DNA from: Amphiscolops sp. MND2022
Lineage: Eukaryota
Direction of reading: 5' to 3'
DNA length: 64,000 nucleotides
Assembly: GCA_964187785.1 (NCBI GenBank)
Contig: OZ076409.1
Span: 84,322,001 to 84,386,000 of the forward strand
This document shows, one piece after another, positions 35,101 through 46,200 of the stretch. The position numbers and the translations under genes were made by a program. The notes under the pieces were generated by a model. That model did not search any database and was not told the DNA's origin. It worked only from the letters and a program-made list of their open reading frames with translations. Numbering within the stretch: position 1 is the first letter of the stretch; the number at the start of each line of letters is the position of its first letter.

Positions 35101-37478
35101 GGACGTGGTAGGCTTGAGAGCAGTCAAGCTTGCAAAACAGTTTCTTTCCGGCTAAATGCTGAGCTGCATCCGAGAGGGTGCTCACAGGGTGATTATTGTT
35201 TATATAATCGTCGGAAATGAGGTTGTTGATCTTTCGTAAGTCAACTAGCAATCGTAGGCGTCCGTTTGGTTTTCTTTGGGCAAATATTGGGCTTGCGTAC
35301 TTGCTGAAAGGGAGCGTGGTGATTATGCCGTAGTAGTGCATTAACGCCAATTCGACTGTCAAGTCGTCTTTCAGGTTGACTGGGCAGGGTAGGCTTTGAG
35401 TGTACGCTGGCTGTTCGGATTTGGGGGTGAGCTTTGTTTTGAATTCGTTGTTGATTCCGATATCAAGGCGGTGCCTTGCGAAGATATCGTTGTATTCTAC
35501 AAGGATTGTTTCTATGTCCTTTTTGTCTTCATCACTGAGTTGTGAATCCGTCCACTTGAAATTGGATAAGAAAGTTGCTCTGTCTTCAGGGCTGTCGTGA
35601 GGATTGAGTTTCTGGATGTTTTCCAGTTCTTCTATCTCTCTCAGTATCCTGCTCTGTATAGGTGTGTGCGTTGATGGGTCTCCTGGGTTGTCCGGTGTGG
35701 GGAACCAGAAATTTTGAACCGTCTGGGGCTTTTCAGACGATTTGAGGAGTTCGTTTACATATTCTAGCGCTTGTTCGGAATCGTCTTCTGCTAATACCTT
35801 TAGGGCTGCAGAGTTGAGTGGGTGGAGTTGCTTGGCTTCCTGAGGGATAGAATGGTGAATTCTGCGAGATTTGTGTTCTTTTTGAGGGTGAATGGGTTTG
35901 GAGATGTGTTGGTAACCCTGATTTCGATTTTGGAGTTTGTAACCGTTGATAGAGAGCTGGCTACTACCAGTTGGTGTTCTCCGGAGTATGGTTCAGTAGG
36001 GTTGATGATTTCTGTGGTGTTTGTCAGGGTACGTAGGTTGATGCCGGCTTCGATTGTTACACACTGGTCGGGCATGATGGTGAGTTGGGTTTTGGTAGTG
36101 ACTTTATGGTGTCTTGAGATTGTCTCGTTATCGTCTGCAGAAATTGCGTATGTCAGGTGGGGGAAATGTAAGAGCGCCTGACTGACGTCGAGGATTGCGC
36201 TGTTGTTTTTGAGAAACGTTAGTCCGAGGATGGGTCCTGTCATCTTTGTGGCTACGATGAACGTCTCTTTGAACGTCCAGTCGCCTAGTTCAAATTGTAG
36301 TTGAACTGTTTTCGTGGGGGTTTCTATCTCGCCGTTTGCGACCTGCAATTTAAATGTTGGTGGATCCATTTCCTTGAGGATGTTGTCTGGTCTTACTGCT
36401 TTGATTTTCTGAAATTCGCTTTCTGGTAAGCAGTTGACGAGTGCTCCGGAGTCAACAAGCGCATCGACTGAAATGTTGTTGAAATCCATCGGGGCGAAGA
36501 GCATTTTCCTTTTCTTTTTCAGATTGATGCCTGAAAAAGTTGGTATGCATTTTTCGCTTGTTTCTGGGTCTGTAATTGCAATTTCATTCAATTGTTTGTT
36601 GGTTTGAATCCATTCTTCATCTTGTTCTAGATTGGTTGGCTCTTCTCTTGAGGTTTGGGTAGTGATAAGTGGGCTGTTTGTCGCTGTTTTAGCTTCTGTT
36701 TGCTGGTTGAATTCGCAGGTCAGAGTTCGTTTGACGCGGCGAGTTCTCGGTTTTGTTGTGGGTTGACTTGCAGTTGTTTGGTCCCCGGCTTTTGTGTCGT
36801 CAACCAGGGTTTTAGGGGTGGAGTATTTATGTTCAGGACTATCTGGACTGGAGGGGGACGACGTCATAGCTGCCCGGATTTCATTGGGGGTGGCTGGGAG
36901 TTTCGTGGGTGACTGGAAGTCAACCAGTGGTGATTGATTGTTGGGTTTGAGGATTGACTCGAGGGAAGTCGTTGGAGGTGTTACGATCACGGTGATTTTT
37001 TGTCGTGTTCTTCTTCAGCCTGTGGTTCGGGAGTATGACTGAGGTCGTCTTTCCTTTTTGGAGTTGTCGAGATGTCCATGTTGGTTTTGGCTATGAATTC
37101 ATGAAATGGTACGTTGATTGACTGTCTGAAGACAAGGTTTGTTGAGTCATATAGAGTATCGTTGTAGTAGGGGTCGCATTCGAAGTCGGGGTCGTAGATG
37201 TAAGTTTCGGGTGTGGAGCTGGGAAGTAATGGTCTGCGTGTTGTGTTGTATTGGGTGGGTTTTTGGGTGTACCAGTCTGGGTAGGGGAGTTTGTCCAGGG
37301 TGTTTTTGTTGAACTTGATGATGCGTCTTATGAGCCATCGTCGCTGCCAGTCGATCGATGGTTCACCTGAGCATTCCATAAACAATTCCTTGTCGAAGTC
37401 CTTCGGGGGTTCAGAGATGGTGTAGTATCTGAAGTCGGTGTAATCCCCGAAGCGAAGACGTGGCTTTAGTAGTTTTTT
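32105..37478 (-). CDS. pol: Pol polyprotein: spacer, aspartic protease, dUTPase-like segment, RT, RNase H, integrase; two 1-nt frameshifts in this sequence (~36996-37001 and ~35844-35846)
   Basis: ALVDSGA (protease); LDCSQAY...YVDDI (RT); TDANF..AGY...KEFLA...TDNK (RNase H); H-H-CMKC plus D,D,E (MDIV/TDKG/ILER) integrase; LWTGPF GPY/F-like motif. The RT frame is open upstream of 35362 back to ~35845. Confidence 0.95.
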
Positions 37479-38884
37479 GGCTGGTATTGTGGTTGTGCCA
37501 CGGTTTGTGGCTGCTGATTTGCTGAAGGTTGTTGTATAGTTTCGGGTGCAGTTTGTTGTGGTAGGGGTATACTGTTGGCGCCTGTTGGTTTAGGCGTTTT
37601 CCACCATGTAGGGCGGTTTGCCCAGTTCGCCCCAGAATAGCAGTCTTTAGTCTCGTGGCTTAATTTGCCACATGTTTCGCAGGGGTCGGTGATGTTATTG
37701 CTGGGGGGTTTTTGGTTCCGTTTGACTCGGTTTGTCTTCCTGCAGTTGCGGAGGAGGTGGCCCTGATGTCCGCAGCCAAAGCACGTGCTTGCAGTTTTCG
37801 GGTGTCTCTCCTGGTTGGATGTGTTGGCGGGTTCGACATTGTGTATGCCGGTAAATGTAGTGGATTCTGGATTTGCTAATCCGTTGAGCTCCATCTCCCG
37901 CTCTAGGTGCTGGACCATCGTTTCATATGGTGCTGTTTCAAGGCGTGCTTGATTTAACACTCTCTTGAGATGTATCGGCATTTTTGCGTAGAAGGAGGTT
38001 TCTATAAAGCGGGGTGCATCGTCGGCGTATGCCTCTTGGGCAAGTTTCTGGTAGTTCTCCAAGAAATCTTGGAATGTTTGGTTCGCCGGGTCGAATGTGA
38101 GGTTTTCCCACTTACACCTAGCAGTGGCTATTGACTGGGTTTTTACATATCGTCGTCTGAATCCGGCGATGATGTCGTTCAGGTTGGTTTTGGTTGTTTC
38201 GGTCATGTTCCGAAAGGTTTGCAAGGCGTATCCTCGCAGTAGGGAGTGGAAATAATGTATATTCTCTTGCTCCGTTATTTGGGGATGGACCTTCAAGCTT
38301 GTTTGAAACAAGTCTTCGAAGAGTTCAAACTTCTCGTTTTTACCGTCGAATGTTGGCATTGTCGTGGCAAGCGCTTTTGGTAGACGGGGTAATTGTGCTG
38401 TCTGTTTTTGTGTTGCGTACAGGGATTCTAACAGCTTGTCGATGATTTCGTCGGAGTGCCTCTGGTTTGGAGGCGGCAGGCTCGAAGATCGGGGGTGGGT
38501 GGTGTTGCTGGAGGTCGGTTCGCTAATTACTCCTGTCACCATGTTGGAACTCTCGTTCTTAGACGGACTAACTTCTTCTAGTTCTTCAGTGTGGTTTCCA
38601 CTATTCTCGGTCCTGGACGTCAAGTAACCTTGTTCAGAATTGACGCTTGATAGGTTGTCAACTTTGGACGACAGGCTCTCGATCAATTTTAATATCTCGC
38701 GTTGATTGAGCTCAGTGTCTCTGAGACGCTTGGAAATTTTATTCTCAATTTTATTAGATATGTCTTCAAAATCCCTTTCCGAAAGTACGGCGTTTTCGTC
38801 GTTAATTGAGCTTGCGGTCTCTATGTCGAACTGGCTAGTCGACTGGTCACTCCTCAACTTCCGTTTTTGAGACTTCTCAGGCAT
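37466..38884 (-). CDS. gag: Gag, 472 aa (capsid-like region, two CCHC zinc knuckles); start codon inside the 5' LTR
   Basis: MPTFDGKNEKFELFEDLF capsid-type motif; CFGCGHQGHLLRNC and CETCGKLSHETKDC knuckles. Confidence 0.93.
   Translation of the reverse strand: MPEKSQKRKLRSDQSTSQFDIETASSINDENAVLSERDFEDISNKIENKISKRLRDTELNQREILKLIESLSSKVDNLSSVNSEQGYLTSRTENSGNHTEELEEVSPSKNESSNMVTGVISEPTSSNTTHPRSSSLPPPNQRHSDEIIDKLLESLYATQKQTAQLPRLPKALATTMPTFDGKNEKFELFEDLFQTSLKVHPQITEQENIHYFHSLLRGYALQTFRNMTETTKTNLNDIIAGFRRRYVKTQSIATARCKWENLTFDPANQTFQDFLENYQKLAQEAYADDAPRFIETSFYAKMPIHLKRVLNQARLETAPYETMVQHLEREMELNGLANPESTTFTGIHNVEPANTSNQERHPKTASTCFGCGHQGHLLRNCRKTNRVKRNQKPPSNNITDPCETCGKLSHETKDCYSGANWANRPTWWKTPKPTGANSIPLPQQTAPETIQQPSANQQPQTVAQPQYQPKNY
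37472..37478 (-). promoter_or_regulatory. -1 ribosomal frameshift slippery site A AAA AAC at the gag/pol junction
   Basis: CCA AAA AAC TAC TAA. The -1 frame is open (KKLLKPRLRFGDY...ELFMECSG) and joins ORF 36987-37385. Downstream CTTCGGGG...CCCCGAAG can form a stem. Confidence 0.85.
38529..38541 (-). promoter_or_regulatory. Primer-binding site TGGTGACAGGAGT, probably tRNA-Leu
   Basis: Starts with TGG directly after the LTR's terminal CA. It is one mismatch from the complement of the typical tRNA-Leu(CAG) 3' end (...ACTCCTGACACCA); the primer identity is an inference. Confidence 0.8.
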
Positions 38885-40592
38885 CTTGCAAAATAGTGGA
38901 GAGACAATATTTCAATTAAACTTGAGTCGTTACAAACGTAATGGAGACTCCAGTTCAGTGATTTGTCAAAGTTTTCGAAACAAAGGAATTGTACTAAGCA
39001 AAGGTAATTAACACGATTATTACAAAAGCAAAATTTCCGGAGAATGATTAATCAAACGCACTTGGAAAATCAAATTGTCAACTACTCTTTCCTAATCCCG
39101 CTTCAGGTATTTATACTTTACGCTAGACACGCGGGGAAAACCCCGCGCGTGAATTCACACCTTGTTCACCTCGGTGTCCTTTCCGAAGCGGGGAAATCCA
39201 AATAAGGTATTCTTCCTTGGGACTCGGCATTCGGTTTCAACCCACTTTAAAGAAAAGTGGGAATTCACTTCCTGCCGCTTCCCAATTCCGCGTCCCTTTC
39301 TTCTTCATTCCCCGCCTTTTCAAGACGCCGAAGGTGAAGTTGGCACTGAAATTCATGAACCTAGCTACTGAAGCGGGAAAAGGAAACGAATTTTCCTTGA
39401 AATAAAATAAGCAATTCAACATAAGAGAAAACTGCACTAATTTGTGAATTGACAAAATTAGGGGTGATGATCACAACTACCGACGCGCTTTCACAAATTT
39501 GACATTAAACACATGCCTGGTCGACGGACATAATATTCAAACGAGGTCAAGCAACCAGGCTAACGGCCCAAATTAATGTATGTGAAAAGGGGGGCAAGTT
39601 TATTCAGTTAGGTAGCATCTGGGAGTAATTTCCATTTGGTTAGCAAATATGGTATGTCGAACGATTATCACTACCATAACGTATTAATAATTCACTCAAA
39701 TTTGATACATCGTTAATTAATCAAACGGTTGTCCAGGCGGGTGTCCCGGCTCGTACTAATATTATTCATCATTTCGCTTCACTTGAATGATTTGTAACCT
39801 TCCATGTATAATTAAGATAGCACATTTACATGTATTAAGGCAGTTATTCATTATCTGTTGGTGTTTTAGTTCTTTACTGCTCCATCTAAGTTGGGCTGGT
39901 TGTCCCGGCGGTCGTCCCAGGTTATAAATATAAACCGGTTGTCCCAGCGGCCGTCCCAGAAATCATGGTTGACAAATTAACAATTGTACTTTGGTATATT
40001 ATAAATATTACATATTCCAACTCTATTACTTAAAACTGCATATTTTAAGCTTCTTCTAAGCTCTGAATTTGAGTTTATTTCACATTTAGCGTCATTTGAG
40101 TACACTAGCATTTCAGTTAATTCAGTCGAGCAGCCAGGCGTGCGTCCCAGCTTTGTCGACTGAATTGCTTGGCTAGCAGAGTAGCTGAGTTAATACTGCA
40201 CATTCGCGCTTAGCGCTGATTGGGTAATTAGTGGGACAGTGAGAATTAGTGTGTTTTGCTACGCAGATATTGGGACGGTAGGCTGGTCAGTGCGCTGGTT
40301 GGAATAACTTCAATCAGCGTATTGGTCAAGCTACTGCAAATAAATCACATTTACAACAAGTTATTATTATTTAATTATTTACATATTTATGTATTTCAGG
40401 TACTGCAGGGGGTTGATGATATTAATATTATGCACTTACAGGGTTGTTCGATATCAATGAGTGTTTGTTTGTTGATTGTTTTCTTTCAGGTTTGTGATGG
40501 TTTATTAGCTTCTTCTTGGTTAATTTCTCCATTTCTTTCCTCCGGCGTTCTCTCTGATCTTATTATTTCACGGCCCTGTGGCGGCTGTGACA
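38542..40592 (-). repeat. 5' LTR (2,051 bp)
   Basis: Direct repeat of 24952-27001; about 11 substitutions and 1 indel counted by eye; TG...CA termini; followed by the PBS. Confidence 0.97.
39108..39115 (-). promoter_or_regulatory. Candidate sense TATA box (TATAAATA) of the 5' LTR
   Basis: About 225 nt upstream of the gag ATG, next to a GC hairpin cgcgggg-aaaa-ccccgcg. Confidence 0.5.
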
Positions 40593-40687
40593 AAAAGAAA
40601 GTATATTCGGACCAGTAGGACATTTGTCCTATTGAGTGCATTAACCAACATGTACTTGAACATGTATTCAATCCAATGTTTAAATTA

Positions 40688-41171
40688 CTAGACCTTTTTG
40701 CTTTTACTTTCTGTCTGCTTGTAGATGGAAATAAATTTATGCGAGAGAGTAATACTTTATTCCTCGAATTCAACGTTCATCAACTTTCAACTGTATTTTA
40801 TCAGAGTTGTCAGGTATTGTGTCAGTGCATTCTAGGGCGCACTATATATAACCCAACAAGAATGACACCCCAAAATTCGGGAATCACGATACTATTGTAG
40901 TATACTATTGTATACTTTATAGTACAAGCCATAATAATAATTTTAGCTGGTGTAAATCTTTTAATAGTATCGTGATTCCCGAATTTTGGGGTGTCATTCT
41001 TGTTGGGTTATAAATAGGGCGCCCTAGAATGCTCTGACACAATACCTGACAACTCTGATAAAATACAGTTGAAAGTTGATGAACGTTAATTTCGAGGAAT
41101 AAAGTATTACTCTCTCGCATAGATTTATTTCCATCTACAAGCAGACAGAAAGTAAAAGCAAAAAGGTCTAG
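40688..41171. repeat. Inverted repeat: 209-bp arms (40688-40896 and 40963-41171), 66-bp spacer
   Basis: Arms are near-perfect reverse complements (mirror ORFs LDLFAFTFCLLVDGNK..QNSGITILL on both strands). Confidence 0.92.
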
Positions 41172-41705
41172 GGAAATGGACATGGTGTCTGATTTTGAAA
41201 ATATGGACGTATTGTTTGGTAGTGAAAGTGTAACCTCATTGAGAGGGAACTAGCTAGTACCATAAATGGTTCCATAAATCAAAATGACACTGAAGCCTTA
41301 CCCCAACAGATGGGAAACTCTTTACAAGAGAATAAAGTTAGAGAGTTTAGTGACGAAAGTACAATTCCTAGACAAGATAAGCTACTTGAGTCTGTGGAAA
41401 TCTTTTCAAACGAGATTAATATGCGCTTGTCGGAAGCAATGGATTCACTAATGTCCGTGATGCATTCCCAGATCAACAGAGCCATGAACTCTGCTACCAA
41501 CGATAGAATAATACCTGAGATACAAAGTATTATGGGTTCACTGTTTACAGGACATCGGGACACTGAGTTTGGAACGTCCGGCAATGGTCAGGGAAGGAGT
41601 GAACAGACAAGTGGGTTGAAAACAAAAATAACAAAGGAGGACTCTAGGTCTGCATTCGATCCTAGAAACACTCGAAATGTATGTCCTTCAAGTAAACATT
41701 GTTAA
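41128..41705 (+). pseudogene. Decayed coding relic, possibly the Gag N-terminus of another LTR element
   Basis: PSTSRQKVKAKRSREMDMVSDFENMDVLFGSE, a frameshift, then IERELASTING...NEINMRLSEAMDSLMSVMHSQINRAMNS. Basic start followed by a helical segment, the same layout as the LTR-encoded Gag head in this window. Confidence 0.4.
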
Positions 41706-43290
41706 AATTCTGCTGAATGAAATGTAATGATTCGATTTCTTCTATTTTCGTTGACAACCCGAGGTGTTTGAGATATTCCTTATATAATCGCGTCAGCGCC
41801 GTAACATTCGCCAACATGGTTAAAAGTTCAAAACATCGATTCAGTAAAGTTTATGTTGCATCTTTCCCTGAGTCATAGTTTGAAGATCGTAGCTGGCTCC
41901 TATGTGGATTTACACACAAATCGGGATTCATTCACATAGGTTCAATACCGTTCTATAGGCCACATTATTTCACATAAGGGTTTGAAGTTAGGTGGAATCA
42001 TCTGTATATGCCAGCAGCTCTCTCCTTCCATTTGGAAAACGTCATTTCAAATTGCTTAATTTGCATCATCATGGAAGTCAACTTACTCCGCTTCCGGTGC
42101 TAATTGCTCTGGACACATGGACGATAGAAGGTGTTTCAATAGTTTGTTGGACTCATATAGTTTATGCTTGCCAAACTAAAACGCGGCCGGAATGTTTGTT
42201 TTGTAGAAAGAGGGTGATAAACACTTAATGATAAAGTCATGGGTGGCGGCTTTTAAAATTTAACTCAACCAACTATGTTTGTCTAACGAAAGGTCGGGAT
42301 ATTCGCTAGAGCTGCAAGTTTGACTTTTGTACGTTATATTAAAATAATTCTCCTATCAAGGACAATGCTAAGATGAGTTCAATTAAAATTTTCTACAACG
42401 AAAATAGCTTGATTTTTTGTTGTTTTTTGTTCAGCTGTTCATTGTTGTGGTGATTTTTCGTGATCACTCCTTTTACCATTAATTTTGATTTAAGCCATTT
42501 TTAAATTCCTCTGTGGATTTTTATCATTTCCTCGATGAGAAGTCTGAACTGTTTTAAACCCTTTTTTCTCGATTTGCCAGAAATTATTACTGGGGATGCT
42601 TCCAAAATTTAACAAAAAGAGATCACAGTCATGCAATAAGTAAAAAAACTCATTCTAACACCCCACGATACTTTCGCCCACTAAAGACTTCGAGGCTACT
42701 TAGTTGCCCCCTTACATTACAAAAACACTTCTCAAACGTGGTAAAGCCGGAAGTCATAATTACCTCTATTTAATCCAGTGCCAAGCTTCGGAATATTCAT
42801 ATTTTATTTAGTTGGATTACTGAAGTGGGAGGCTGTAATATTGTCATTATGCGCAAAAACATGAAAAACCATGTCTTTTTTGATATATATTTTCATATTG
42901 CCAGTAAGTAAAGCTAATTCTGTTTATTCTGTTTTTGAAAATACCAATAAATTGTCATTACCGTCGAACAGAATTCACGAGATTAAGTTAATCCGGCAGT
43001 CCAAAAATAAACTGAAAAATGACTGATCGGATCATAGGAGTCACGTTAAAAATTTAATGAATTACTTCGCAAATGTTCACTAATGTATATAAAGGTTGAA
43101 ACGTAGACACATCAGTTCACATATATGAACTGAAGTCGATGTTTTGTTCACTTCAATTGTTTTTAATTAGAGCCACGCGTGATTGAATTTCGTTTACGAA
43201 GCCAAATTAGCTCGTTTACAAAGCTTTTTCTACTGATGTAAAATACCACTCTGGACTTTCAATTCAATTTGCTTAGCACTATAGTGAAAA

Positions 43291-46200
43291 ATGTCGTTAC
43301 TTCACAAAGTGGTTTCCCATGGAAGGATACATCAACTTAAACTTCTCCTTAAAATGAAACCAGATTTTAAGGTTAGTGTGAATCAAAATTTGGCGAGAGC
43401 CAAACTTTGGAAAAGTTGAATACTTTTTCATTTTTTTAGTGTATAGAACTGAAATGGTGCCAAAGCTTAGGAGTTTCTCGGTCGCCCAAATGCTTCAGAG
43501 AGTGAAAATACTTTTCGAAGTATCTTCGTGAGAAGCACGCGTCTTGATCAAAATGATTTGATTCAATCATGGTTTTAGTAGATCAGTCGTATTAAATTGA
43601 AGGGATATTATGAATGAAAGTCCCAGCCCAAAGTTCCGTTGGAAAGACTGTTCTTCAGTAAGTCGCATTTGGGAGATCTGTGTTTTCTTAGGTGACAACC
43701 ATTGATTGGAGACCTCATATAAGATCTCAAACCTACATGTGGACTTGAGTCCTTAACATGATAACTCAAGGACTCCAAGTCATCAGCAAGAGATGTCATG
43801 GTTTTCATAGCCAAGGGTAATTTCAGTTCTCGAAAAAGCTCCAGTCGTTACCAAAACTTGTCAGTCCTTCTAATTTTTTTGTTGAAAGTATCAAAATTTT
43901 TCTAATCCTTGGAATTCTTGATCCAGTCTTGACAATCCTTAAACATATTAGTCATGAAAATTGAAGCTGCTCTATAGGCGCGATCATTTCGGATTTTCAG
44001 TAAAAAGTTTCGTACTATCAACAAGTAAGGCCGTAAACAACTTTGAATTCTTTCTGTATTTGATGGCCTAAAAAGCAGCTCTGGTAGTCGTGACAAAATT
44101 TACACTATGTTTTGCTGGGCAGTTGCCGAAAGTTTCTCAGTTTATCTATTTTTCCCGATGAAAATACGGAATACGATTTAAAGTCAGTGTAATCCGATGG
44201 AAAAGATCTTAAATCACTGATGGCACTATTAGGTTGTAAGTGTCAGGTCTACAAATAATATCGATGTTTTTGCCATCAACGTGACCTCGAATAACTCGAC
44301 ATATCGTCAAAGTCGTGCGTACTCTTCACGGAAGCATCTTGCCACAACACGGGCATGCCTGACATAGATTGATTTTCCTATCGCAGCGCCATGTAATAGC
44401 ATTGATCGGAGAACAGAGTATTTTAAAACGAAACTATGTTTCATTTCGCTAAGACACCAATGGGTCATCTTTAGGTGTTCTAAACAATTTGTTCAACTGA
44501 CAGGTTCAACTGACTCACTGTCACAATCACATTCTTTTTTGTAGAAGTGTTTATTTACTTTTTGTTAATTGAGACTCTTTCTTGTAACTGCTCGGCGGTA
44601 GTCCAGTTAGCGCCGACTGTTCTCCAGTTAAGCAGCCAATACTAAAAAACTAGGTTTTTCTGAGGTCCTGGATTCCTATAAGGTGTGTCAAAGAAGTGCT
44701 GACAATCTTTTCATTGAATACGCTTGTCTATTTGTTATTAATGACTTCCCTTTAGTCCTTCCAAGACCGTTTTGTAGTGTTTTGAATTCTGCTTCAGTTA
44801 TTGGTAGGCTATGTAGAGCAGAAAAATTAACAAAAGCTTGAGGAATGAAACTAAAAATTGAACGTTTCAGCTTTCGTTGAAAAGCATTTTGGGTTTTTTG
44901 AATTCACATTCACTATCAACAAGATCAGCTGAAACTTGAACAAAATTTCAATGATCAAATGTTAGTTGGCTGATGTTATTACTCTGAACAAAAATGTAAT
45001 TTAGAGATTCGTTGCAAATGGCCCATATAATTTCAATATTTCTCATCTATAACAAAATCGGTTGTTGTTTTGCACTTCAAAATTACTTCTTTTCCCCAGC
45101 ATATCAACAGCCGCGATGCCTCAGGCAAGACAGCAGTGATCCTGTGTGCATTCATAGACAACGAAGAATTGGGTCTGAGGCTGCTCAACATTCTCCTAGA
45201 AGACCCCAGAACTGATCATGACACCGATGACAACTACTGCAGAAACATATTCACCTACGCTGTCATTAAAGGTTCAGGAAGAATGTTACAACTTTTGGTC
45301 GATGTAGAGTATAGTCTACAAAAGAATTTGAAATTATTTGAAATTTGTGAATTTCGAGCTCAAAACTGAAGTTTTTTAGTGCAAAGTTGAACCAACCTGT
45401 TCTTAAGTCGGCGCTTTTTATTTTCCGCCCATATTTCATATATGGGAAAGGAAAATATTTAAATCAAAGGTTTTTTATACAAAATTTGCTAAGCACCAAA
45501 TTTAACTTTAAGGGTGTTACGCATAGAATTCAACTCACGTAAATTTAGCTTTGTGCGATATGTATTCGTGGAGATTTCTGGACTTTTTTTAGTTGACCCC
45601 AAGGACCCCAGAATGACCTCAGAATGACCCAAAAATGACCCAGAAAACGCTAAAATTTGCAGAAATTTCCATTTTTGACTTTTTAATGCACTTTTTGTCA
45701 AAGTTTCGATAGATGTCGTGGATAAGAATGTTGAAAACGTTCAACAAGTCACAAATTCGTTGTCCAGTAGTCTTCTATGAAGAGATAATTGCAGTTATCT
45801 GGATGAAAAATGTCTCAAATTAACACGGAAAATAACAAAAAACCAAAAATTCCCCGATTTTAATCAGTTTATGCAATTTCTTTAAAACGCTGAAAATGTC
45901 CAACATGGAATTAATTCGTTGTCCAGCAGGCATTTCCGAAGAGATATTGCTGTTTTCCGCAATTAACGTCAAATTTTTGATAGACTTCGTGAATTGGAAA
46001 GTTTTAAAGGGCCAACAAGGAAAAAAGTTGGTTGTCCAGTAGTCTTTTCCGAAAAGTTTATTGCATTTTTCAAAATGAAAATTTCTCAAATTGACATCGA
46101 AAACGACAAAAAGTGCAAAATTTATTTTCAAAGATTTCAGGCACTTTTTTTTCGAAATTTCCGACAGGCTTTGTGGATTGGAACGTTGAAAATGGTCAAC

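Larger units (their letters stand above)
24952..40592 (-). mobile_element. Full-length Ty3/Gypsy LTR retrotransposon, 15,641 bp, carrying extra genes
   Basis: Two ~2.05-kb LTRs (TGTCAC...CCAACA on the minus strand), 5-bp TSD AAAAG (24947-24951 and 40593-40597), PBS, PPT, gag with 2 CCHC knuckles, pol in PR-RT-RH-IN order. Confidence 0.97.

Noticed and set aside
38885..38910. Pyrimidine tract plus AG immediately before the gag ATG (possible acceptor)
   Set aside because: A constitutive sense intron would be lost on retrotransposition, and no matching donor was identified.
43902..44096. RPYLLIVRNFLLK, reminiscent of Gypsy RNase H
   Set aside because: No other RNase H motifs in frame; likely chance.
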